64,000 nucleotides of DNA, taken from assembly GCF_037042905.1 (NCBI RefSeq), contig NC_087245.1, positions 930,001 through 994,000 on the forward strand, read 5' to 3'. Each line of letters starts with the position of its first letter. Position 1 is the first letter of the stretch. The stretch comes from Lytechinus pictus. Taxonomy: Eukaryota. The translations under genes and the position numbers were made by a program. This document shows positions 25,211 through 36,326 of this stretch, piece by piece. The notes below the pieces were generated by a model. That model was not told where the DNA came from. It saw only the letters and a program-made list of their open reading frames with translations, and did not search any database.

Positions 25211-28200
25211 ATGACTTAGAACCCACACTCGGTATGATTTTTATAACACCCAAACCTGTATTATAATATTGGAACTATCATGTCTAATTTTCAATGCAAA
25301 AAGCTTTTCTCCTGCAAGACATCACCACTATTCATTATCATAATCGGGATTGCGTCTAAAGTTAAATGGTTATCTGCAAAATTTGAAGATAATCCTTGTC
25401 AGAGGGGCACTTAATATAGTTCCAATAAAAACATTTTTTTTTTAAGAATAATAACGATCCCGTCGTTTCAGCAAGAGTCCAAAATGACAATGTGAGTAAA
25501 TTATTTATAGAATGCATAGACCGTTTCAGGCGTTTCATTAGATTTGAAAGAGTCACCATGTGACCTCGAACTTTGTAGAAGCCTTTACATTAGACTTACC
25601 ATGGACCCTAGACTTACATTCATTACCTTTACGTGCCCCTGTCGGGGTGAGGTTCTAGAAAGGGGATGGGGGTGGGTTCATAATATCCGATGTCATGCCT
25701 TCATTTCGTTTGTAGAAAGATCAATTTACTTCGATTTATTCGTGAATTAGTGGGCTTCATTAATTGAGGAAATTTGCGAAGTTGACGAAAGTAGTATTAA
25801 GAATCCCTATGATTCCCATTCATTGATAATGAGAGAAGGGAAATTGATTTTAGTAATCATAGAAGAACACTCTCATGCTGAATCTTTCTCAACTAGAAAT
25901 TTGGATATACTTTGTGCATTTTATAGGACCTACAAATCCAATGTTGTTGATCATAATCTATATTTTGCATAAAGCAAGTTTATTAAACCTCGTTATGACA
26001 ATTATGAATATAAGAGGGGCAGTGTTTGGATGGGATTTCATGGTGATAGAGATTTGTACTAGTATATTTATAAGGCAGGTGAGTTATATTTGACAGTCTA
26101 GTTGTTGTTGTTTTTTGTATATTTTTTTCAGTGCCAAAGGCAAAGTGCGCGCTTTCCAATTTTTCTCAGAGAAATAACTTTCTGAAATGCCATTTTATCT
26201 GTAATCTCAACGCAGGTTGTTGATATAGTCGAAACTACTGTATTTCTGAGAGTTATTAGAAGAGAACTAGTGAGGTGTAAATTCTACCCCCTTTTTAGAA
26301 TTGACAACCCTTCTCTGTGCCTCCCACCCGTCGTGCCCCCCTCCCCTGCACCCACAGGGAATGAGAACCCTGTCCAGATCGATTAAAGCCAATCCAAACT
26401 TGAATCACATTACTCACGCCAGACATGGAGAACTGAACTTCCTTCGTCTATTAAACTCATCAGAGCGATCAAAACTGTGGTTTTTCTTTTACCCATTCCC
26501 AGATTGGATATTACTCGAAAAGTCAGCTATTTGAATACTTACGGAGATTATCCTTGAATGGTTTCAAGAATTTTTGGTGAAGTTTCAAACGACTTTGATG
26601 AATCTCTGAGCGTATGATCTTGTGATTTTATTGATTCATTGGTTTATATCGAAGGCAACTTTTTCATCTAGAACATTGTGCTGATTTGAATTCTTTATAT
26701 CGAATCAGTTTGGATTTAAACCATACTCAAGGGACATTTTATCGGATTATGGTAATAATAAGCAGGTAAATATTAACATAATTCATAAATGTTTCTATAT
26801 TTTTTTCATTTATAGGTTATAGGTACTATTTAAACAGCCCTTTTTAGTATTCTGCGTTTGCGCTGTGTGCGGAACGTGAGGGGGGGGTTACATAAAGAGA
26901 AACTCTTCGTATTTGCACTGTGTGCGTTGCTGATGGTAGCTGCAATGGGGTGGGGTTAACACGAAGAGGAAAGTTTAGTAATTACATTTGATTGTAACTT
27001 CTTGTGCCGGGTTTTCTATAAACTTACAATTAATGACAATTTTTATGTCATAAATGCTAAATTTTGTTGCCCCATGCAGTATTCATACTGAAATATGCAC
27101 TGGTGAGGCGCAGAGAGAGAAGTAGACTTGGGGGGGGGGGGTGTGCACGGCACGGTGGTGGAGGAATGGGATAGCCTGCCCCCAATGTGGAGCGTGTAGA
27201 TGATGATAACAGGAGAGGGTTTGATGTTGGACAGACAGAAATTGAAATAATGGATAGAACAAGCATAATAATACAGTGATGTGTTTGATTGAATTATTAG
27301 GAAGTGACTGTTCTTTGTCAAATGACACGATACCATTATTCACTGGAACCTGTCCCTTAGTGGACTGTCAGGAATACAATTCAGAATATTAAGGTGTTCT
27401 AGAATGAGTATATATACATGTCAATGCTCTGACTGCCCTTGAATTATACACAATCCGATTACATATACTGTGTTAGTTTGTCAGTTCTTCTTTTTTAATA
27501 TGTGATATACACAAAGACTCTTGGACGAGAAGGTCGAGCTTTCAAGTGTCATTGTCTGTAGCCTTACATACACTGCACTTTATTTGTTTGACGTATGTCA
27601 TGTAAAAAAAGTCATTTTTATCAGGAGGAATATTCCGAAATCCTGATAATTCTTTTTGTTTTCATTCAGTTTATTTCTACTTTATTAGCATTTTGATATT
27701 TGCGCAGGTATAGTTCGGGGTCTGAAACGGGGTTCTGAAACTCGAAGTTATACTCGCTTTATTAAGTGCTGTTATTGTCTTGGTTGTGGTGTTTTTGCTG
27801 TTGTGTGTGTTTGGGCGTGTTGTGGTCGTGGGGGTGGGGGCGATGTGGGTGTTCGTATGTGTATTGGGAATATCCATTTTTCACCATACTTACCTTTAAA
27901 TGGTCTTAAAATACTGTCCAAAGTCAAAACGTTCCTTTACTCTGATAAGCTATTATTGGATTATTTCACTATATTCCATAATCTCATCTCATGACCAAAT
28001 ATATAATTAACAATCATTTAAAAAGTCCCACGTCTTTCCTGTCAAATCTGTAGAAGGGCAAATAAGATTATCACGCGATTGGATTAATAAAAGATTTTCG
28101 GATGGGAAAAGTCTGACACCCGATGAACCGTTATAGATATTTGGTCATATTAATGAAGAGTATAAGTCTGGAGGTATGGTAAATGACTCTCAGGTCACTT

Positions 28201-28642
28201 GACTAATGGTCGACCATCGACCAATTTGTCAGCAATCAAGTGACCGGTCCTGATCCCTGGTATTTCCTTGAAAAATCCGAACATTAATCGTGTTAATTCT
28301 CGTGGTGAAAATATTGTGACGTTGATTTCTCTGCGTGGTTATTAAGAATTATTTTCTTATTATTTTTAGCGGGAAGGATATTTCGATGATTCGATCACAC
28401 TCTTCATAAACTGTTAACATTAGTATCATTGTTACAGGTATCACCTTGGCCTTGAACCTTTATTTAACAATATGAATTAATCAAAATAAAACAAATTAAA
28501 ACTACCATTTTGAAGACGTTTTATGTGTACTTTCAGATAACAGAGTACTATATTATAATTATTATCGTGATATAATTGGGTTGTCTTCCTATACAAAGTA
28601 GATTTATGATAATAATTATTCTATTTGGATGTCTCTTTACAG

Positions 28643-28693
28643 ATTAACAAATACCACTGACTGACATACTGACATCGTCTTAATACTACACGG
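28643..28693 (+). other. Candidate 51-nt non-coding (5' UTR) exon of the SOGA-like gene
   Basis: Acceptor GTCTCTTTACAG| (ends 28642) and donor CGG|GTAAGT (28694). Stops occur in all three frames. Confidence 0.5.
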
Positions 28694-29261
28694 GTAAGTT
28701 GTAGTATATGGGTAATATGTTGTTCAATGCTGCTTTTTATCAACAATCTAAAAGGTACTTATTTTCTGTTCTTGACATACATGTGTAATACTTGTGTATC
28801 CTCAACTAGCATGAAAAATATTAAATTATGTTTAATTACAACATCATTATCGAAAGTATGACAAAAACTTTGCAATTTATAAATTAGATATTAATAAAAA
28901 TAATAAGTATAATAATAATTTCATATGATGGAGATGTATGTTCATCATGACACGAAACGCACGTAAAGCAGCCTGTCGCTTGCCTATATCAGATAGCATG
29001 TTAGATAATGATTAGCATAGGATCTGTAATGGAACTCAGAATATGAAATCTGTCAAATAAAATGTCAAATCCATTACCGTTATATCCGTTGTCTTCTGCT
29101 GGCGAAGACGACCTTCATGACGTCATTCCCTTTTCTGAATTCTTAATATGAAATTATGTTTCCATTTATTATTCCTTTTAACATTGGTTTAAAAAATAAC
29201 TGTATTTTCCCCCTGTGTGGTAAACTTCAATATCTCTGTCCATTCAATATTTCAAGATTCA

Positions 29262-29440
29262 AGAAGTTTATTTCATTTCCATGACAAATATAAATCAAAT
29301 ACAGATACAAATCAAAGTACGAGTACAAGATAAATTTTACCTTAGCATAATTATGTAACAAAAGCTTGTATAAAATAGTATGAAGCGTGTATGGAAATGA
29401 GCATTGCTTGTAGAGCGTGGATCCCCTTTTGCAACTTGAA
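29262..29440 (-). mobile_element. Possible decayed LINE 3' end
   Basis: The minus strand ends in GGAAATGAAATAAACTTCTTGAATCTTGAA, a short-repeat tail after AATAAA. No coding remnant recognised. Confidence 0.3.
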
Positions 29441-31642
29441 GAAATAATTCATATTAAGTAATTGAGAAAAGGCAAAGTAATAACAGTTAACTAAATGTGG
29501 AAATTCATTCGATTGTACAAATGTACAAATATACAATATTATAAAATGGGAAAGTAAAATGTGATAAATATAATAGGAAAAATATTTTAAAGAAAAAAAT
29601 GTATCGTCTTTCTATTTCTCCCCTGTCTTGTTTTATTTTAAATCACTTTTGATATGATTCAATAATCAGAATAATGTTTAGATTCTTCGCGATGATTATC
29701 AATGGAATATCTAACCTCATATTCAAACATTTTGTAAACTGTAAACAAGAACATATAGTTTATTATTCAATGATAAACCATAACACACGTTTGATGTTAC
29801 ATGTCATTAAGGTACATTAGGTTTATTCTTCATTGCATAAAGTGAGTACATATACACTATGCGACATTCCCCTCGTCTTTTGGGATTATATGTCAAAGAT
29901 TCAAATTTTGAAATCTGTCCAAGGTAGTCCTGCCCACTCACGCAACACATGACGGTTCCCCAAAATAGCTTTTATTTGAGTCTATCAACCGAGTCAGCAA
30001 AAAAAAAAAAAAAGAGAGAGAGAGAAGAAAATCCCCTTCCATTACAACATAATTCCTAATTCATTATCGCCATGTGTTGAGACTGCAAATGTCAACCCTC
30101 ATGTCATACTTTGTTGGGGTATATAGTGTTAGTATATGAGATAATAGTATTGATTTATTATGATCAGAAAGTAAAGTCAGAAAAGTCAGAAAAGTAAAGT
30201 CATGTGCAGAAACTTCAGAAAGTACAAATTATTTGGTGTGAAGATTTTTTTTTTTTTTAAATAATCGAAACAAGAAATTACGTCAAACTCATTGAGCACA
30301 TTGACAAGGTGAAATAATGGGAATATGTGTGCACTCTGCGCCATCATCATGACCATGAAAATCTGTGATTATCGAATTCGAAAGGTAATAATGATAATTA
30401 TTCAAGCATCCCTCTTATCTTATAACATTTAATTTGAGTCTTATATATATATATAACAGTTTTCCAGCAATGGTTGAACTGCACTCCTATCATAAATAAT
30501 GTATGCAAAGAAGGTATCGTTATTGTTTTAGTGTCGGTCACGGGTGGAATTATGACACATTTAACAGGTTTCGAAATTGAATAACTTGATTGATCCAGGC
30601 ATTGAATAAGAGATTGGTGCAAAGAGGGGTGTCGTAGGGGGGGGGGGGGTGAGCCGTTTCTCCTTTGTTCTTAATTTGGACATTTCTTTTGAAAATGAAA
30701 TCATTCCGAATCATCCGTCTCTTCGTATACTGTCTAAGTTACTTCCTGAAACATATATATATATATAAAATATAAAGTGACAATTATGTCTCGTATTAAT
30801 GTTTTATATCTACGATATATTTGCACGTAACATACGACGGTTGAAGTATAGAACATACCGCATGGATTGTTATGAAATGGTAGTTTACTTTCTGTCGGAC
30901 CGTTTAAAATACAATTTCATGTTGTGTCCATTCTTTTAAGGAACATTTTGACTGCTCAAATACATTAAGAAGTATTCAATGAGATACATCTACTTTCAAC
31001 CCATTTATTAGGTTTATCAAACAATATTATCAGCGTTTCAAAGTCTTATTTTTCAGAACATAAAATCCATGCACTCTAAACCTAGATTTCGATCATCATT
31101 TTATTTTTAAAATTTGAGTGGGCTACTTCTTGCTAAACTCGAGCCACTTTTTGGCACAGTGCCGTCCCTTCTCTCAGTTTCAACTCACATATCCTGTTCA
31201 CTTGTGTCATAATTGCGACCGCCCAAAAGGGGTCCCCTAAACAAAGTTGAACTAAAAATACCCCTCTCTTATACCCCTTCCCTTCTTCTCTCATCTCCTC
31301 CTTCTCTACCCGCCTTCCTCTGTAGGTAAGATTTATTTTATTCTTCAATCCCAACTCTCATTCGCTTCATCATATCAGGACCTAAGATCACTGCTAGTCT
31401 GTCTGCGAATAATTAACGTCCAACTTGATGTTTAGTATTTATTTTTCTTTTATGGTACACTATGTCTCTCATCGTATCTATTTCCCTTCGGTATGATAGA
31501 TCGAATCCAGGTTTAGTTTCCTTCACATTCAACTCGTTCGCCCGGTGAGATCGCATGTATGTGGGGTTTAAGCTTACCCCAACCTGTACTTTTCTATGTC
31601 TCTTTTCCATCATTTTATTTTTTACTTTTTGTCTTGATGCAG

Positions 31643-32289
31643 GAATATCACTTTGGTTTGGTTACGTGACATCAGAGTGTCGGTTGACTGGAAGCACTAT
31701 TCCGCGATTTTGAAGCCAGTAAGCCAGACAGACTGCCACTTGCCGCGGGCAATAGTAACAAATATTATTCGCTATGATTTAATATTTACCTTGGATCGAC
31801 TGGATTGGTGGATGGTGGATGAATCCTAATCAAGATGTCGACACCGAGAAAGCAGGGAACACTTACGAAATTATGAGCGATAATAAGACGCAGAGCTTAC
31901 GATTTACCAACTTACCTAGCGACTAGTTTGCTTTTTATAATCGGATGATTTTTTTGTTTACAGCAGTGCTTGACTTGAGGTACTACAAGTAAGGAGGTCG
32001 GACTTTTGTTGACATTTTACCGGCATTTTCTTTGCCTGCAACCTGCAGAGTGAAGTTTCAAAGTACACACTCTCTTCCGTGTTATGAGCCTGTGCATTGG
32101 AGTATATAGCGGGTTGAGAAATATAAATAGAAGTAAAGCGAGCAGCAACTGAGCACTGTGGCAGATGATAAAGGATTTAGGAGGGACAAAGAACGTAAAA
32201 TCAGTGTTGGATTGAAAAAAGATTGCGATGAATGGAATGCGAATGCTGTTGCTCTCTTTTGTTAGTGTTTGTCAAACCCGTCGCGAGCT
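31643..32289 (+). other. Probable 5' UTR part of the large SOGA exon, containing uORFs
   Basis: A long pyrimidine tract with TGCAG| acceptor ends at 31642. Alternative acceptors are TTTACAG|CAG| (31963/31966) and TTTTGTTAG| (32265). An in-frame TAG at 32263-32265 precedes the main ORF. Confidence 0.5.
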
Positions 32290-34665
32290 ATGAATGCCCA
32301 AGACACTTCGAAGCACTCGACGTCAGCGAGTGTACGAGGTAGTGGAAGTAGGAAGACGATCGCTGGGTGGGAACACATGGGTGAGATTGCTGCCGTCTTT
32401 GAAAGCAATGTCGAGCTTACGTCGAGTATAACGCCTCGGACTACGATAAATGAGCAAAGCGTCGGTGAGCACCAAGGAGACAAGCAACGGGGTTACCCGG
32501 TAGCCACACGGGCTAAACATGGAGACACCAGCCCACTGTCACAGTATGATACTGAACCATCGATCTTGTCTAGTTATAGTGTAAATGATAATAATAATGC
32601 AGTGAGTAGAAGTCAACGGCATCGTGGATCAAATTATGAAGGAATTATTCGTTCTGCTTCAGTGGTTGAGGAGAGTAAACTAAGATATAAAGACACCTCG
32701 ACTACCCTGACGATGACCTCATCAAGTGCACATGCTATGGATTTGTTTACATCGACACCCCGTCCACGAACTCAAAACGCCCCTCTCACTCTTGATATAC
32801 CTGATTTCATGCCAGCTGTGTTCGAACCAGATACGAATGGGGGAGGGGCGTTGGATGAATTTGAGAACGATGATCTGTTATTACGAGCAAGGGAAGCGGA
32901 GTTTACAGCCACTTTACAACCACGATCGTTTGATGCTTCGATATACGCGACTTACACGGATTTATCGTCATTAGGGGCGCTTGGGGAGATCGATGATTAT
33001 GACATAACATATTTCGACGACGAGGAAGAGAGCGATCAGAGGCTCGATAATGGAGAGGACGAGGTACAAGTAAACGGGTCGATCGGTTCGAGGGAAAGCA
33101 GTGAGAGGGGGTCAAGGACAGGTTTGGACCCACGACCTTCTGATTCAAGACACCTTAATAAATCCCTAGATTCAATATTGAGTGATATCAAAAGGAATGG
33201 GAGAGGAGACGATAATGGATTCGAACTACGTTTGGAAAGAACTCGTAGTCTAGAAAATATTCGCTTATATTCAGGCTTTGTTAGTCGGTCAATAGACGAT
33301 GGAAAGGGGGATAGTTTACCTGACAATCAGTCGGTCAGTTTACCCGATCGTGTTGGCGATAAAGAAACGGAGCCTGACAGACTGACTGAGGTATTATTGA
33401 CTGTAAGACCCGAATCGACCGGCGAAGAATCGCGGGTATGTAATTCGAAGGGAGAGCGAGTCATCGACAGTAAAAATGCTAATGTGGAAACCCCTATTAC
33501 TGCTACGCCTGGCAGCGAGATACACAGCCAGCAATCAGCCAATGCATTGGCGCTCTCTACGTCGTACACACAACGCTTGGCTAATATTCACGTGAACTCG
33601 GATAATTATTATGATGAGGATGTCAGCGGCACGCGAAGCGGTGCTCCTATAGAGGATGTAATAAGGACTGTAGACACGGAATATGCTGGTAAGACTCTAC
33701 ACACCGACTCGGATAAAAACAACCTCCCTGAACAACATCAGAAACAAGCGCCGAGTATAGGAGAAGGAGAAAAACAAGATGGGGTTGTAGCTGAGGTTGA
33801 GAGTAGTTGCATTGTGGAAAACATGGAGAAGAAAGTGGCAGGGGATGGAGCAGCGAGCGCGGAAATGGCGGAGGTGGAGGGCTTACGGAAAGAGATACGC
33901 GCTTGGGAGGAAAAATATGGCGCCTTGGAGAAACGCGTGCGTTCTATGGATGATAGTGGAAGTACTAAATGTTTAACCATGGATCAAGATGTGGAGAATC
34001 TAAGCTTGCCTGAACTGCAGGCAAGGGTAACAGCTTCTGAAACCATGATCGTGGATCTTAGGGATCAAATTGAATGTTACAAGGAGGAAATAGAAGAGCT
34101 CCAGCTGGAGCTAGAGGAGGCTGCTGATAGGGTGAGGGAGGGGGATCTAGAGGAGTACCGTGATCTTAAACATGAATTAGATCAGGTTACTAAAGAATGG
34201 AGAATCCTACAGTATAGGTTAAGAAAAGCTGATCGGAGGGTGGAACAGGCCGATCAGGAGCGACAGGAGTGGGAAGAGAAATGTCAAATATTAATGATGC
34301 AGATGGATGAAATGCAAAAACAGCATATGAAGCATGTTGGGGAGTCGGGAGGGGTGGGTGGGTTAGGTAGTGCTGCTACTACAGGTGGTAGAGGAGGAGG
34401 GGGTGGGTCCAATGAAAGGGTCTCCTCAGCTGGAGGGAGTGGATCCGAAGAGGAAGATAAAACCGTCGATAAGGAGATCCTGGGGCTCAAACAAGAACTT
34501 AAAATTGCCAAAGATGTTTCCATACGGCTCCACCAGGAGCTGGAGATGGTGGAGGAGAAGCGAGCCAGGACAGAGGAGGAGAACCAACTCTTGAGAAAGA
34601 AACTCGTAGATTCAGAGGCGACACGGAAGGAGTTTAAACGTGAACTGGAAAAGACACGCCTTGAG
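32290..34665 (+). CDS. MTCL1/SOGA: Large coding exon (partial gene) of a SOGA/MTCL1-family microtubule-associated coiled-coil protein
   Basis: 2.4-kb open frame with coding-like composition. [20 protein letters not shown] and LKIAKDVSIRLHQELEMVEEKRARTEEENQLLR match the vertebrate MTCL1/SOGA signatures I recall ([44 protein letters not shown]..LR). First ATG is 32290; the ORF-track start 32269 is TTG. Canonical phase-0 donor GAG|GTAAGT at 34665/34666, so the ORF tail to 34716 is intronic. The specific vertebrate paralogue cannot be assigned. Confidence 0.9.
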
Positions 34666-36089
34666 GTAAGTTCTACCAATCACATTCATTTGCTAATAAT
34701 AATTAACCAACTATGAACTGTGGTATTTGTAACAAAATGATCGTTAAATCTTTCACACCTTTAGGAGTGTAATTATTGTTAATCAATACGTCTGACAGGA
34801 AGGATATCACACCCGGCCACATTTCTGAAATAATGGTTTGGGTTGTATACAAAACACCTTATGTATTTCGGGTAAATTTACTAAATATGTCAATCAATAG
34901 ATTGGAATGAATCATACCATGTTTTGTATAACACCAGACTGTAATTCCTACAATAATGATCAACAAACATCCAGATGCATCACACTCGTGAGAAGGACAA
35001 ATGTAGGCTTTATTGAACAATTCTACTTCTCTGAAGTGCATGTCTCACTAGAGAGATAGTTGTACTATAGGTCATGTGAACTTCTTTCAAATCACGTCCA
35101 AGTTTTTGATGAGTAACTTGTTTACATTGAATGTCACGCTCTCATCATAATAGCCTCTATTGTCATGCCCAACCCGTTTTCCCATAATTATGCAGGAGCT
35201 GGTATATTTTACTTTTTTTTCCTCTCACTTACACACGTGGTGGTTCTGCCATGAAAACCTGAATTTCAATGAATCGAACTAATTTCACACCCACAATTAC
35301 ACCCTCCAGTGCTTCCATTGGTATAACAGGAATATGTATTCATATTACATTTCAACAGAATCGCTTCTTTCTATTCCTAATTCTGTTATCATAAGTATGC
35401 ATTGATTTCATGACTTCAGAAATATTCAAATAATATAACGCTTTGCTAATCATTGCAGCTTTCAGTATATTTATCATGAAGAAACCTCTTGGTTTGTGAC
35501 GTCATGCACTGATTAGAATGACACATTTTATCTGGTCGCTACAGCTTGTATATTATGATTACATATTTTGTCCAGAGAGAATTGGCACCGGCGACCAGGC
35601 ATTTTTGGTTACAACTAAGTAGAAAAAAGCAACAAAATAATCTTGCCATAACAATTAACTTCCTTGATCGTGTATAGTTATACAGGTGAAGGTAGAGTGA
35701 TTAATAGCCTGACACACGCCATCAACACGCCCATATGGTCCTTTATCAAAACGTGCATAATCATATGCCCTACCTCCTTTGCACTTTTAATAATTTTTTT
35801 CCATCTCGTGAATATACTATGATGCTATTTTATATTTGTAATTTGTATTACAGAAAGCGTTTGTAAGCCAAAATAAAAATGATTAGGCCTATTTGTTTAG
35901 AGTAAGGAAGAAAAGTTATTATTTTAATGTTATGGATGTTTTCTTGATATCCTTGTGAATATGTAGGCCTATACCCATTGACTCCTGTGTTGTGTACTAG
36001 TACAGGTTTGTGAGTGATCATGAAAACGATCAAGATAGATCATTGCTTAATCACTATTCCATCCACGCATATTAGTAATAAGATTGCAC

Positions 36090-36326
36090 ATGATCCAATG
36101 GATTGCTCTATATATATTCTTCACGTAACGTCATTACAAGCTAAATATCTTATTACAAGTCAACCTCATCCAATGAGCCCAGATTGAGAAAAGGATGGAA
36201 AATCTGACAAAAAAATGAGAAAGTGGAAAACTCATAAGCCAGTTTACACTCTGTTAAGTTTGCCCTTTAAATAGTGCAGCAGCACGCGAGCATATACTTT
36301 ACTTCTCAAATCTACTCATGGTAAGC
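36090..36326 (+). promoter_or_regulatory. Candidate intronic promoter with ATG-only first exon
   Basis: CCAAT boxes near 36095 and 36170, TATA-like TTTAAATA at 36266-36273, a pyrimidine-rich Inr-like stretch ~30 nt downstream, then ATG|GTAAGC (36318-36320). A CRE (TGACGTCA) lies at 36380. Confidence 0.45.

Noticed and set aside
32262..34679. Short antisense and alternate-frame ORFs overlapping the SOGA exon
   Set aside because: Shadow ORFs of a strongly coding frame, with no independent signals.
34666..34716. C-terminal VSSTNHIHLLIIINQL of the 815-aa ORF
   Set aside because: It lies after a consensus donor and the composition turns AT-rich, so it is intron read-through.
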